From Podarcis liolepis (lineage: Eukaryota): DNA of 64,000 nucleotides. Shown here one piece after another: positions 25,561-39,534 of this stretch (its first letter is position 1; each line of letters opens with the position of its first letter). Under the pieces are notes generated by a model. That model was not told the DNA's origin, did not search any database, and saw nothing but the letters and a program-made list of their open reading frames with translations. The position numbers and the translations under genes are program-made. Where the stretch lies: the NCBI GenBank assembly GCA_965112155.1, contig OZ218102.1. One strand, 5' to 3'.

Positions 25561-26144
25561 CTTTCAACCAGTCCAACAGCCCTGCTAAACTTCTGACCAT
25601 CAGAAGCAGGACCTTATTGCTCACCAGTTTGGGGATACAGAAAAACCTAGGAAAAGTGGGCCACTTTTGCATAGCAGAATATCTATCCTTCTTTGTATTC
25701 CTGGGACAGCTTGCATTGTCAAAGTATGCTGCATAAGGCAGAGATGAAAAAATCCATGCTTTTAAACTGCCTTCTAGCTGTAATCCCAAATGTTTTGTAT
25801 TATTACCAGACATTAGGTCAATGGAGATGTCTTTATAAACCACAGACCTTGCAAGGAAAAGGATATTGGATCCCTGAGGGTACTATGATTGTGAAAAGAA
25901 CCTGTTGCCAAGATATGGAGACTCGCAAGTAATCTTGTCAATGGAGGCATAGTTCACTGGGTTACATTGCCAGCTCTAAAATGTGGATATAGTACAGATT
26001 AGTCATTCCACACCTGTCTAATCTATACAGCCTGGTGCAGCCCATGTCATCCCTCTTGCCTGAACCGTCTTCTCCTACACTTACTCCAGTGATGAGTAAG
26101 AGCTAAAGTGCAGCCATAATGAACGAATCAAACATGGTTCTATA

Positions 26145-26280
26145 CAGTGCTATTTTTCTAGAAAGAGATCTCGCAGAACTCACCATGAACTCACTTTGTT
26201 CTCTTACAATGGCAACAATGCCCACCTGAGAGGTACCAGAACTGAGTTTTAGCAAGTTTTGGCTGGAAAAAAAGCCCTGG
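26145..26280. mobile_element. Short hAT-like MITE (other copies about 21880-22025 and 53415-53560)
   Basis: Shared core gaactcaccatgaac...gttctctta...cccacctgagag; termini cagtgctattttt / aaaaaagccctg. Confidence 0.6.
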
Positions 26281-27499
26281 TACTTTATGATGCCACCTTC
26301 AGAGTCACATTATGAGTCAGTCAGCTGTATCAGTCTTTCAGATCTTCCCTCTGACTGAACAATACTGTAAGTTAAAGCCCTAAATACTCACCCTATCTTG
26401 CTGAGGAGCATTGCACTTTCATCAGCAAACACATGTTCCCTGTAAGGCCAACTTCAGGTAAGGACAACCCTAGGTTATCTCAAGGTCATCTTTGTTATCT
26501 CTGTCATCTCATGACATCCTCAGAAAAACACTCCATTGAGAGTGCCAGTCTTTTCCTCTCTCTGAGTTGCAAGGCTTAACAAATATACAACAGAAGCAAA
26601 ACAAAACCACTCCAATGTCCAGCATCTGACAGATCAAACAAAAACACAAGAAGAGTTGCTGGATCAGGTCAACGGCCCATCTAGGATTAAATTCTACAAT
26701 TAAACAAATTAATGCCTTAGATCCACCTGAAACTTCAAATCTAAATAATACATATCTGTACATAACTTCAAATCTAAATAATGTGTATCTGAAGAAGTGT
26801 GCATGCACACGAAAGCTCATACCAAGAACTAACTTAGTTGGTCTTTAAGGTGCTACTGGAAGGATTTTTTTTATTTCAAATCTAAAGTGCATTTCAGAAC
26901 CTGATATTTTCTCGATACTACACAATGGAGTGGTAGGTCTCTGAAAGAAGGAACTTGCCCTATGTTCTTGAGCAACTAACATGTTTTGAATTAAGGAACA
27001 GTCATTAAAATAATAGATTTCTGGCAGTTGGAACCTCAAGATGAACTAGTTGGTCCATGCATGTGTAAGAATGGTTATCATGCATTTATTTTACCCCCCC
27101 CCCCACTTCTTTCCACGTGATGTGTGTCATGGCAATGACAATGGATTATATTTGTCACTAACAAACATGGGCCAAGGTCCAAAGAGCTTGAGCAGATTCT
27201 CTGCAAACATCACAAGCTACCTTAGAAAGCCTTCTTGGTTTCAAAGGTGGTTTGCTGTTTCAAAGGTGGTTTGCTATGAAGAGCTGCTGTTTGAGAAGCT
27301 CAAGGACCAAAACCCCTGTTGAGACTATGGTGGCCCATCATGTAACATGAACATTGAAATAGAAGGGAAAAAGGTTGTTGCTAAACATTCTGAGCTTTGT
27401 GCGAGAGCGTCCCAAGATGTTCTTGTCTCCATTCCAAGCCTCTGTTGCCTAATGGGCATGCGTGTGAATAATCCTTAGATCTGACTGTATAAACCATTA

Positions 27500-27840
27500 C
27501 TTTTCTTCTCTTATGCTGCCTTCGCTTTGACAGGAGTGGTAAATAAAGTTGGAGACAAAATATTTATTACCAGTGGGAAGGAAGCCTTTGTATTATTGCC
27601 GGTTAGTGCAGTTATACCTGAAAACTCTGAGTTAGCTCAGTCGGTAGAGCATGCGACCCTTAATCTCAGGGTCATGGGTCTGAGCCTCATGCTGGGCAAA
27701 AGATTCCTGCACTGCAGGAGGAGATAACCATCGTGGTCCCTTCTAACTCTGCAATTCTATTAATCTGTTACCCTGTGATGTACTTTGTGATATACTCCAC
27801 ATTCATGAAAGTCCCCCAGCTGGGGTAGCCATGTACATGT
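27500..27840 (+). pseudogene. Degenerate SP-A-like CRD exon, interrupted by a tRNA-SINE
   Basis: AFALTGVVNKVGDKIFITSGKE aligns with SFTPA VLLLKGMINKAGDKIFATNAK. The acceptor context ttttcttctcttatgctg has lost its AG relative to SFTPA tttttcttctctgttgcag. There is a remnant VIPENSE before the SINE and IHESPPAG (vs IKESPIPR) after it. Confidence 0.6.
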
Positions 27841-29289
27841 CATCAAAAAAAGAGTACAAAAGATGACACACATTTGCAAAAAAACTTGCAATAATTTGGA
27901 TATAAACAGAGCACACCTCACCATGGTGGGCTTGTGGGGAAGACTGATCAGGCGAGCTGTGTCAGTCTGCTGCTCAGGGTGCTGCTACCTATTCATGGGT
28001 CCCTGCTCTCCATCCTTATGGTGATTTATACTTGAATCAGGCTACCCTTCCAAAAGGGTACCCTTTCCAATAAAGGGTGGTTCTCTGTAAAGTAGGACCC
28101 ACAGCCACCCTACTTCCAGGCAGTGCCTGATCCTAAGATGTTCCTGCTCAATGAAAAATAATGGGATTTGTTTTACTTTGCTTGGATCTACAAGGGACAT
28201 GTTTAACTTTATTAGAATGATATATCTAATATCTAATAATATCTTATTTAGAATGGTATATTAGATATATCATTCTAAAAGGTTACAGGGCAGACTTGTA
28301 GATTAAAAGCGTTTCTTACCTTGTTTTGTCTGTCAAAACGTCATTTCCCTATTGCTGGTTCCTGGTTGCTCTGCAGAGCCCTCTGGTGTCTCATTTTAAT
28401 AACACATTATGAACATTAAAAGTGGAACACAATGTGTCCATCTACGTTATGAAAACCATTTCTTAACCCTTCCTTAACTTTATAAACCATGAGTGTAGAT
28501 CCACCCTTCTTCTTTCTCAGGTGTGGCCATCCACTCTACCTGAACTTGCTCTTTTTGTTCTTGTGTTTTCGCCTTAGGTTCCAAAACACTTCTCAGGGTG
28601 GAAAGAAAGAAAAAATACTTCCCAGGTTCCAATTTAGATTCTGGTGTAACAGCTGGGATGGCATCAGCTACATCCAGCCTTTCTGAATAGGGAATATCCT
28701 CTGTGACCGGAAACAGGGCCTAGTGTTGAAACGAGGATAGATATCTGTTCACCACCCACCCTCTTTTCCTCAGTTTCAACTGGCTTTAAAGCTACTGCTA
28801 GCTTAATCTTTTGCAAAGAGCTTTATGGCCTCTCCAGATATTCTGGAACTCTGCTTAACTGCATGGAGAGGTCATATGTGGATTTAATCATCATTACTTT
28901 TGGGAAACTTGGATGGTTTTAACAAAAACATGTTTACTTCCCTTTGGTTTCACCTATCTTACTTATCTGAGAGCTTACAAGGAAGGTTACTCTGAACAAA
29001 CTCATCAGAAGGTTCAAAAATGGTTATAGATTGACAGCCCAACCTTTCTGATAATGCTGCAAAAAGTATAAAGCATTTTAGATTTCTGTATTTCTATAAT
29101 GCATAATATAACAGATTTCTGTATCACAGTTCTATAAGATGTCTGTAGATCTATTTGCTGGAAGCAGCACTTCCAGTGATTATATGAAAGGGCAAATTCT
29201 AGAATTTGTCCCTGTTTTCCAGTAAATTGACTGGGGGGGGGAAGGTTATGCTGAAACACCTCATGCAGTCGTGCCAGTAAGTGCTGGTG

Positions 29290-29473
29290 TATAAAGTACA
29301 ATTTTGCAATCCACAGAGATAAAATAAAACATACTTATCTATGGGATTTTTCTACTGATTTTTTCCCCACCATTCTAAGCAAAACAGAAATCCTCCCCTT
29401 TCTTGGCTAGCCTTCATCTCTCTTCAAATCAGCTGAGCTGCTTCATTTGATCAAGGAAACATATGAGGAACCG
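29290..29473 (+). promoter_or_regulatory. Possible TATA box and non-coding first exon of gene 4
   Basis: TATAAAG at 29290 and a strong donor ccg|gtaagt at 29473, with an acceptor at 30405 just before the ATG. Confidence 0.35.
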
Positions 29474-30414
29474 GTAAGTAATGCTGCTTCAGATTAATGC
29501 TGGATGAAAACTTTGCTTGTTAAACTCCTCCAGTTCTACAAAATAGTTTAATCCATCTGCTGTTTCCCCATTCTCAAAATAAGCCTGAATGTAATCCTAA
29601 ACCCATTTACCTGGGAGTGAGAAAGTTTGAATTCAATAGAACTTATCTTGGAATAGACAAATCTAGAAGTGTGCTGTTAGTTGATTTACCATTCCACTTT
29701 AAATTACTTTAATTTGTGGGACTGAATTAGAGGCATGTTTTTTTGGATGTTTGCCTGTGACAGGGAATGCAAATAAAATATTAAATGTCTTCCTTACAAT
29801 ATGCAACAGGCTTTATTTTGTTGGCGATGAAGAGTTGGTAATATGGGCATTTATTTAAATTTATTTGATTAAGCAATGGATTGGTTCAAAGGCAGACAAT
29901 TAATCAGATAAACTTGTCTTATTTGACACATCTGTTTTAGTATGACAGCTGAAATACTATTTATAGTAGTGGGGGTAGGAGAGCTGGGGGGGGATCACAT
30001 CTGGCAACCAATGTGCCCCTTTGGACTCAGATAGTACATGGGTAGATGAGTCTGAAAAGCCCAGGACACAAATTTTTATGGTCCTCAAGCAGCCACAGTG
30101 GCTCATTTACCAGAACTGTAGTTCTGTGCAGAACCTAGAATTCTCCAACCAACAGCATTTGTCTCACACAGCTATAACACCAAGATCATTTGGGTAAAGT
30201 AACAATTGTTCAGAATTCAAATTGACCAATGTCCTTCAATGGTGCAAAACACACCGACAGATGGGCTGATGGCTTTCTGAGAGTCTCATCTTAAGAGGCC
30301 AAGACAGAGTCCTCTCTCACTGGCAGAGAAAGAACAGCAGAGTGGCCATAGGCAACCTCTAAAAGATCTCAAAATAATTTCCTCTTAACTGGTTATCTGT
30401 CTAAGGTATCAGCA

Positions 30415-30580
30415 ATGTATCTTCGAATTTTCATCGCCCTGATGCTGGGAACATCGCTGGCGTTGGCCGCTGATTCTGAAACAAACACTTGCACAGTAAT
30501 GGCATGTGGCAACCCAGGAATCCCTGGTTTACCGGGAAGAGATGGGAGAGATGGTCCCAAAGGAGAGAAGGGAGACCAAG
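30415..30580 (+). CDS. MBL2: Mannose-binding lectin (gene 4), coding exon 1
   Basis: [55 protein letters not shown]; donor g|gtatct. Not in the plus-strand ORF track. Confidence 0.85.
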
Positions 30581-31920
30581 GTATCTCCATATAGTTATAT
30601 GGTAATCTTTGGCACCTTATGATAGCTCATCTATATCTCAGCTGGGTTTCTCATGTATGTGTGTGACTTGGCAGGGTGGTTACACATTGCTATGTATTTA
30701 ACCCTTCTCTCCCCCACCCTTCCTCTATTTGCTTACATTGACGTCATACTGTTTTCCAAGGTCCCAAAAGGCATGGGGACAGGGTGCAGACTGTCTCCAT
30801 GATTCTGAAAAGCAAGCCCTGGATGTTTTTGCTTTGAGTGGTGGCTGGGTACTTCATAGCACTTTTCCAAGCTCTTTTCTTTGAGCATTGGAGATGGAAG
30901 AGAGAAGTGACTAAATAGCTTTCCTTGTCCCTGTTGGTGGCAAGGGAAAAATAGGTCTAAAAAGGGAGGATTCCTGGATGCCAAGATCCCAGTTTGGGGC
31001 TGATACTCTTTGTTGAGCAAACCCTAGCAGATATTTTAAATCGCAACATATGCAGGAAAGTAAAGCATGTAAATATAGGCTGTTAGACCTTTGAAATATC
31101 CCCTTGTGAGTTCCAAAACTCCTCTCTTCCCTTAACATAGAAAAGACCACATGCTTGGTGAGTTAAAAGTGGCTTACTTGCAAACTCTCCAAAGGTTGGG
31201 TTCATGTGCTTTCCATACATCAGTCGGAACACACAGGCAATAAAACTTGGATTAACTACACTAGTGAAAGTTCCTACATTATTAGTATAGGAACACAAGA
31301 AAGGCTTGTTAGAGCCATGCGGTCTGAGCTTGGAGCAACCAGTTCTAAACCTATTTACACACTGAGCTTCTCAGACAGCTTGAAGGTGGATTTGTAGTGC
31401 AGAGATCCTCTTGGGAAGAGAGAGAAGGGTCTATGTGATGGGGGGAGTGATGCACTTGGGGGGGGGAGAGCGCATTGTCTGGGGAAAGGAGAGAGGCAGA
31501 AGGTATAATTGTATGTGAAGCTGTGTATATGTGAAATGTGCGAGAGAGACAGAGGAGGCAGGAGAGGGAGATATGCCTGGTCTGTATTTATGTGCTGAGT
31601 GCATGTATGCACTGTGTAGTGGGAAAGAGATTGTGGAGCAAAGCAAATCTAGGCAGAGCTGGTGGGGAGTCAGGGAACAGAGTGAGCAGGGTAAATATAT
31701 AGGAACCAGGAGGATAATAAACAATTGTGATGATTTGCAGTGGCATCAGAACAGAATCACAATTATCAGCTGAGTACAAGGTGAGCGCTAGGAACATCTT
31801 GTCATGAAGGCTGCCATCAGGAGTGTGAATGTGTATTATTTAAAGTGACCTTTTTTCCTTGTTGGCTGTTTGTTACGGGGGAATAGTATCCAAAAGCTGT
31901 TTCTTTTTCTCAAACACAAG

Positions 31921-32028
31921 GAGTCCAAGTGAGGGGCCAACAAGGTTTTCCTGGGAAGGCAGGGCCTCCTGGATTGCCTGGAATTGCAGGGCCCCCAGGC
32001 CAGAAAGGACAAAAGGGAGAAATGGCAG
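31921..32028 (+). CDS. MBL2: MBL collagen exon (108 nt) with kink and MASP-binding motif
   Basis: acaag| GVQVRGQQGFPGKAGPPGLPGIAGPPGQKGQKGEMA |gtaaga. Confidence 0.85.
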
Positions 32029-33754
32029 GTAAGAAATCAACTTTCTGGTGCTTAATTTTGCTTTCAGGAAGACATGAATGTGCACTTCAATACCAACATA
32101 ACCTCTTCTTTGTGAATGCCAGTGAATGGTTTGCATGATAATTATTCTTCAGTGAAAGCTTTGCTTAGAATATCATAGGGCCAAAATGTATCCTGTGGTC
32201 CCCAAGCCATTGCATCTGAGAATACATCAGTGGGTTCATGTAGAAGCACCATTTATGTCAACCAGTGTCACAATGGGGTTAGGGCATTCAGAGCCATCCT
32301 GTTCCCTATTATTCAAGTGGCACCTTTTAAAGATGCCATTGTCATTTAAACAGGAGTGGCTTGTGGATAAACTAATGTGGGGGCAATTCATACAATGATG
32401 TCTTCATACCATCACAGCATGAACCTGGCTACAGCAGACCCACATAGAGCAAGCACATTGAGCCTGCTGGATGTATAAACTGAACCACAGAAATCTGAAA
32501 GTACTTCATGGATAATCTACTGTAAATCAGGAATAATAAGTATTAATAATAATGTTATTATTTATACCCTAGCCCAACCAGCATCCAGCACATATGGAAA
32601 CATAATAAAACATAGAACATTAAAAAACTTCCCAATACAGGGCTGCCTTCAGATGTCTTCTAAAAGTTGTATAGTTATCTCCTTGATATCTGGTGGGAGG
32701 GCATTCCACAGGGAGGGCAACACTACCAAGAAGGCCCTCTGCCTGGTTCCCTGTAACTTCGCTTCTTGCAGTGAGGGAACCAGCAGAAGACCTTTGGAGG
32801 AGGACCTCAGTGTCCAGGCTGAACTATGGGGGTGGAGACGCTCCTTCAGGTATACAGGGCCAAGGCCGTTTCGGGCTTTAAAAGTCAGCACCAACACTTT
32901 GAATTGTGCTTGGAAACATACCAGAAACCAGTGTAGATCCTTTAGGACTGTGATGGCCAAACTTGGCCCTCCAGCTGTTTTGGGACTACAATTCCCATCA
33001 TCCCTGGTCCACTGGTCCTGTTAGCTAGGGGTGATGGGAGTTGCAGTCCCAAAACAGCTGGAGGGCCAAGTTTGGCCATCACTGCTTTGGGACCACAACA
33101 GGAGCCCAAGAGAAATGCTTCCAAGAAAGTCACAGACCTCTCTATGCAGCTTAATCTGCTACTGAACTGGTCCTATAATTAGATTAAACATTAGTTTTTT
33201 TAAAAAAAACCTCCTTTCCTGTAGTTCAGCCTTCATCTGCCTGGCACCATCCAGATGTTCTGGACTACAATTCCTATCAGCCACAACCAGCACTGATAGT
33301 TGTAGTCCAAAACATCATGAGAACACCAGTTTGGCAAGTGCATGCCTGATGCTTCTTGCTTCTGCCCCCAGTGAACAAGCGGTCCCTATCTGTCTTCTTA
33401 CTTCACTATATTTTGCATCTCTCTTTTAGGCAGGAGGGCTTCTGTGTTTGTGAATGTGAGCATTTATGCCCCAAGGAATAGGCTGAAGGCACATAATGCA
33501 GGAACATTGGCTGAAGCTAAGTAGCACTGGATCTAGTCAGTCCCTGACTAGGGCACCTGGGACCCTCAATGCCTTCAGCTATATTATGGAAGAAAGGCAG
33601 GATATAAATGTCATATAAAAATAATTGATACACGGGTGACAAAGGACAGCAGGTAGTACAGAGTCAGGAATTGTTAAGGGTCTGGGTGGCAACTTTCCAA
33701 TATAAATCATTTGTGCTTAACCATATGAACCATATCTTCATTTTCTCACCTTAG

Positions 33755-33838
33755 CCATTACTTCTACTCAACAACAATTAACTGCTTTGGAAAAGAAAAT
33801 CCAAACTCTTCAAGCTGACCTTACCAAGTATAAAAAGA
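33755..33838 (+). CDS. MBL2: MBL neck exon (84 nt)
   Basis: ttag| AITSTQQQLTALEKKIQTLQADLTKYKK |gtaaga; resembles the avian MBL neck as I recall it. Confidence 0.85.
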
Positions 33839-34716
33839 GTAAGATGGAATATGCATTTTCAATGCTTGTTCTTATATTTGTTTTTAAATGGTTGCTTGTG
33901 TTGTGTGTGTGAGTGCGAGTGCAAAAACAACAAGCTAATAGCGAGGTATGCATGGACTCTTTGGGAGAAGCCCTAACTGTTTAAATGGTATGATACAACT
34001 TTCAATGTATAGTACAGATGGGCCTAACTAAGATTTGCCCATATAAAGGAGTCAGTCTGTGTTGTCAATAGCTCATATGTTGCAAACTTTCTACTATCGT
34101 CTCATCTCTTTATATTACTTAGAGCCAGGTTATGCTCTCCACACTAAAAGTGAGGTGATCATGTCATCCCATGCAGATTTTACAACCAACAAAATCGATC
34201 CTTTATTAATCAGCTTGTTCAACATTCTGTATGTGTGAAAAAACAAAATTTGGGTTGAGTGGGTGCTAATCTGTTTTGCTTTTGAGGTGGGACAATGGAA
34301 CTCAAAGCTCTGATTATTGTGGTTGGGGTGTGGAGGAAAATGACAGATTTTCCTCAGTGTGTTGGATATTGATGAACCTAAAGAGCAGCCTCCTACAGCC
34401 TGGAACCTTCCAGGTGTTGTTGGACTACAACTCCCATCATCCTTAGCAACAAGCCATGCTACCTGGGGCTGATGGGAGTTGTGGCTGCAGTCCAAAACAT
34501 CTGGAGGGCAGCAAGTTGGGGGAGGTTTATAAAGGGCATGGCTTATCCAGAATGAATTGCCTTTATATCCCATTTATTTCATTGGGAAGCATATAGTCAA
34601 CTGTCTACCATTCAAATTGGTAGTAGTGGGTAAGTGTGGAACAGTTACTATTCAGGTTGCCCGCAATTATTTCTCATGTGCTTCTCACTATGCTGTGTTT
34701 TTCTCTCTCTGTCTAG

Positions 34717-35090
34717 TTGTGATGTTGCAGCAGGTGAAAGTCGGAGAGAAATTTTTTGTTTCAACTGGTCAAGAACTAACTTACTCCAATGGAAAAAGAC
34801 TGTGTGAAAATGGAGGTGCAGCTCTTGCCACCCCGAAGAACGCAGCAGAAAATGCAGCCTTGGCTGAAATAGTAAAGAGGAATTCGAAGATTGTTTTTCT
34901 CGGTATCAACGATATCCAAACTGAAGGGAGATTCGTGTATGTGAATGGGGCACCCCTAAGTTACACAAATTGGAAACAAGGAGAGCCCAATAACTCTGGT
35001 AATAAAGAGGACTGTGTTACAATAGTTGAAGATGGACAGTGGAACGATTTGGATTGTGAACGGAAAACTCTGACTGTTTGTGAACTGTAA
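34717..35090 (+). CDS. MBL2: MBL CRD exon
   Basis: gtctag| IVMLQQVKVGEKFFVSTG...EPNNSGNKEDC...WNDLDC...VCEL*. Spliced CDS is 732 nt. Orthology is inferred from recalled similarity to bird MBL. Confidence 0.85.
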
Positions 35091-35902
35091 CTTCTCCACC
35101 CCCACCCCCAAAAGATGCTTAACCCTGTGGGTGCCTGTGCTCACAGTTATTAACTTAATGGCACAGCAAATCTGCAGTTTTTAAGTTTGAGGCGGAGAAA
35201 GAGGTGGTTTTTAAGATAGCTAAAAGTAGCATGACAGAAGGGTTATTTTCTGCTGCTCTGCACACACAGCTTTTGTGCCACAGTAATCTTTGGTCAAAAG
35301 GATTTTTCAGCTTCTTGAAATGTTACAAAAAGCTGCAAAACATATTTAGCCGAATGATAGAGAGGGCAACAATGCTTCTATTGCACACCACTTTCGACCT
35401 GGGGGAGGGGACTCCTGTCAGTCTGCCAACCTCAATGACGGATGTGCCATTTTAGGCTTAAGAGTGCTATATGCAAAACCACCACCACCCATGAACCCTA
35501 TTAGTCTAATTTGCAGAATATTCAAATATGTTATTAATTGTGGGAAACCATTTAACCTCATCAACATGCCTCATCTATGCCTAGATGTGCACCTGCAAAG
35601 GCTGGAGATCTGCCCTTCTGTTTTATTGTTGTCGTTTTCACAAATTTAAAGCTGTGTTTTTCATGAATCTCTTTCATGTACTAGATTCTGTTCTGGTGTA
35701 ATTGCAGCCATGTGATGAATAAGTAAAACAGTCCATATGTTTTAGGAGTAGCAAGAGTATACTTGTGTCTAGAGTGCTACATGCAGTGTGTGAAATGTAT
35801 ATTGATTGATTTCTAAGTACAGGTACACTGAGAGTACATGCTGCAGAGGACGCTGGTTGGTTCTAGATTCTTGCAACATGAGTTAGGTATTAAAAGAGAT
35901 GA

Positions 35903-36065
35903 GCCAGTGTGGTGCAGTGGTTAGAGTACTGGACTAGGGCCTGGGAGACCAGGGTTCAAATCCCCACATGGGCATGAAGCTCACTGGGTGACCCTGGGCC
36001 AGTTACTGCCTTCTCAGCCCTACCCTACCTCACAAGGTTGTTGGGATTAAATGAGGGAGGGGAGG
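35903..36065 (+). mobile_element. tRNA-derived SINE (Squam3/MIR-like); related copy 60445-60690
   Basis: gccagtgtggtg(c/t)agtggtta head, B-box ggttc(a/g)aat, and gggtgacc(c/t)tgggccagt core. Confidence 0.65.
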
Positions 36066-37798
36066 TCTGTGTGTGCCAGCACAACACTAAAGTCAATAGA
36101 ACAAAGCAACCCAAAATCAGAACCAAGAGTAAATGAAATTTTGCCCACTGTCACCTGCATTAATCATACTGAGAACTAGAACAAATCTCATAGGGCAAAA
36201 CACAACCACCATAAAAGCAGAGACTGACATATTTCAGGTGATGGTTTTTTAAGGCTCAGATCACAAGGAAATTAGCCTACCTAGCAGGCAAGCCTCCCTA
36301 GGCAACAACCCTCTCGCTCCCTTTTGGCCATCTCCTGTAGTTCAGACAGAAAGGTCACATAGAGGTGGGCCTCTATATATGTTCTAGGGGCTTAGGTATA
36401 TATGAAAGAGGTCTCAAGCTATGTAGGACTCTATAGGTCAATTTGATTTTAGCAAATCCAAGTCTGAAACTAATTTAGTGGGTCCTAGAGTAGAAAATCC
36501 CTACAGGCATTCTCTACAGAATTCCTTTGAGATTGGCACATTTTCTCAATTTGGGGGAAGGATTATATCTCTCTAGTATGCATGTTGCCCAGGTTTGGCA
36601 CCAAAGTGGTTGGTTTTTCACAGGAATGGGGAACCTTAGACACATTTGGCATTTAGAGGCTATTAACAAATATACAAGTAGAGCAAAGGCCGAGAAAAAC
36701 ATTGTAAAGTAAGTCTTTAGCAAATCCACTGCCTCACATCAAACTGAGGGGGGTGGAATACCTATAAACCAAAAAGGTCTTTCAGCTTGCAGCTCCTGGC
36801 TCCTCTCTGCGTCTCTCACTCTCTGTTTCCAAATCATTCCTATAGTTCTCTTCATAAGCAAATCTAATTTGGTCCCTCCTTCAGCTGGAGGGGCAGATGA
36901 GTCATTTCCCCGTCTCAGTTCTGGAATTGTCTAGAATGGAAATTGCCTAGATCAAATGTGAATGAGTTTCACAATTTGGACAATCTTCCAACAATTCGTT
37001 CCCATAAACAATTTGCCTGACAAAAGGTATGGCCTGCATAACTCTCACCACTTGTCCAGCATTCATAATAATGTGATGAAGGAACTTGTACAGAACTTAA
37101 AAGAACAGATTAACTCAAGAATTGTTAACAAGGAGAAAATTCAAAGTAGGGTAATTTGCAGCCTGTCACAGTTTGACTTAAATGTGTAAGTGTGTGAATT
37201 CAAACCCTATTCATTTTGGTGGACTGCTCTAGAAATATCGGAAGTCCTATCTTCAATTTATTTCAATACCTCTGTCTCATAATCATATCTACCCATAATC
37301 CCTGTAGGCCAATCCTCATCAGCCTGTTTTATTACTACATTAGCATGAGAAGATATTTCTGCTCAGATTAAGCCAATTTCTTCTTAACACTCAATGCCCC
37401 TTGAACATACTCCCAGCACTGTGTGAAAATCTTTATATGTGGGCAGCTCCTACATGCCTGGGAGAATGTTTAAATGGCACAGCCAAATGGTCCAGGGTTG
37501 ATTGATTCTCACAAAATTGTCACTGTGCTGGGAGCAGTGAAGTTGATTGTATAGGAAAAGACTCATGCGTTCAGGCATTGTCCATGCGGCTGGGTTGTTT
37601 TCAGCATTCTTCCAGGCAGCCATCTACAAAGCTGTCTAAAGACAAGCTGTGCTAAATAAATACATTTGAACAACATTATGGTGAACTACTATTTCTTTAT
37701 TTTTAAAGGACACATTGCATGCTTATGCAGAACATCTTTGTGTCCATGTCCATGTTCTTTCTGTGGGGACAGTCTGAACATTCTCTGATCCAGTAGAG

Positions 37799-38049
37799 CA
37801 TGGGTAGGCCAACTAAGGCCTGGGGGCCAGATCCAGCCCAACCGCCTTCTAAATCCAGCCCGCAGATGGTCCGGGAATCAGCATGTTTTTACATGAGTAG
37901 AATGTGTCCTTTTACTTAAAATGCATCTCTGGGTTATTTGTGGGGCATAGGAATTCATTCATTTTTTCTCTCCAAAATATAGTCCAGCCCCCCACAAGGT
38001 CCAAGGGACAGTGGACCGGCCCTCTGCTGAAAAAGTTTGCTGACCCCTG
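37799..38049. mobile_element. Non-autonomous hAT element
   Basis: Exact 8-bp TSD cagtagag; termini catgggtagg / gctgacccctg. Confidence 0.85.
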
Positions 38050-38770
38050 CAGTAGAGTGTTTGCAAGGCAGCCATAGCTATGTAAGCATAGTCCCTGAAA
38101 AAAAGAGGTTGTTTGATGGGGAAGCTGGGTAGGGGGGTTAATCCTGCACCCTGTGTCACTTCCAAAAGGACTGATTGGCTGGATTTCACTGTTGTTAAAA
38201 TGGATATACTGTACATGCTGATCCCTGCCCGTTGGGCAGGGAAGGGTGAAGTTCACACATTCAAGTTCACACACTCTTCATTTCTATCTGAAATCCTCTA
38301 TTTAGCAAGGGATAGAAGCCTGATCTCTATATGATCAGATGACCTGGGGTAGTTGTGATTAACCTCACTAGCCTTCCCGCCCCCGCCCCCCCCACGGTGA
38401 CCCTGCTTTTGTTGTTCCTTGTTAAATCAGTTTTGTTTTTATTTGCTTGCTTTTGCTTTCATGGTTTTTGATGGCAAGCTCCATTTATATAAAGAACGTC
38501 ACAGTCATTAAACTTTATAATGCATTATATCATTTCATAGGTTGCTTCCCCAGTGAAGAGCTCACATGGGGAACATGTGAGCGTAATTTTGTCTTTTCTT
38601 GTGAATTTTGCAATCCATCGCATAGTTTTTTTATTAAAATTTTCACAATACAATACAATTATATCTAGAACAAATGAAATAAAAAAGAAAGAATGAAGGA
38701 GAAATAACAAAAGAAAAGAGAGGAAGGCAAATGAATAAAGAAAAGAGAAGAGAAAGACAACAGAAACAAT

Positions 38771-38773
<3 letters not shown>

Positions 38774-38810
<37 letters not shown>
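38774..38810 (+). repeat. (CA)n microsatellite (others: (GT)n 39498-39532, 54875-54915, 61136-61158; (ATC)n 44756-44786)
   Basis: Seen directly in the sequence. Confidence 0.95.
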
Positions 38811-38812
<2 letters not shown>

Positions 38813-39496
38813 TCTTTATTCTAATTATACCGTAATCTTCTGTCAGCTCCCATCTTGGAAGTTTCCCTCTTTCCTCTGCCTCACACCCTGAGAAAAACCC
38901 ACTCTTGCCTGCCTCCCACACAGCCCCCTCCCTTCTAAACATCACCTTCCTGAATTTTGCAATCCAGAAGGCGAGCGACATAATGAGCATGGACCATGTG
39001 CTGCAAAGGTGTCTGGTGGGGGGGTGCACATCAAACTTCAGGTGCCTTACAGCAACTTCCTGTAAGTTGTCTGGTTTCTTTATAAAGAGAAATATAATCA
39101 AAAGTGGCGAAACTGCTAATTGCTCATTGTTGGCAAGCTGTTCTTTTCAGAAGGTGCCAAAGCATCTCAGAGAGAGGATAATAGAGGGCACCTGATTCGC
39201 TTCATGATGTGCTACTTCTCGGAAAATGCTATCAGCATGACTCAGATGTGTACTGAACACTTTGCTGCCTGAACCAACAGCTCTTGTTCTTTTCTTTTCT
39301 TTAAATGCAACTTAAATAACACAAAGGCTGGATGTTGCTTACTCTTCCAAGCTGTTAGGCTTTCTGGAAAGTCCCTGCTGGTCATTTAATTTCGCATTTA
39401 ATTATACATTTGTTGTATTAGCACTAATCTGAGCCTGTTCATATGGTGCTAATGGAACTCTTGCAGGAGTTCCGATTAGTTAGTTTTTCAAAAGGG

Positions 39497-39534
<38 letters not shown>

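Noticed and set aside
27626-27700. tRNA-Lys-like gene (also near 10880 and 20585)
   Set aside because: The head runs into a CR1-type SINE tail and the stems are degenerate, so these are SINEs, not tRNA genes.
34557-34716. N-terminal extensions of CRD ORFs in the ORF track (also 23809-23884 and 11740-11764)
   Set aside because: Intron sequence read in frame upstream of clear splice acceptors.
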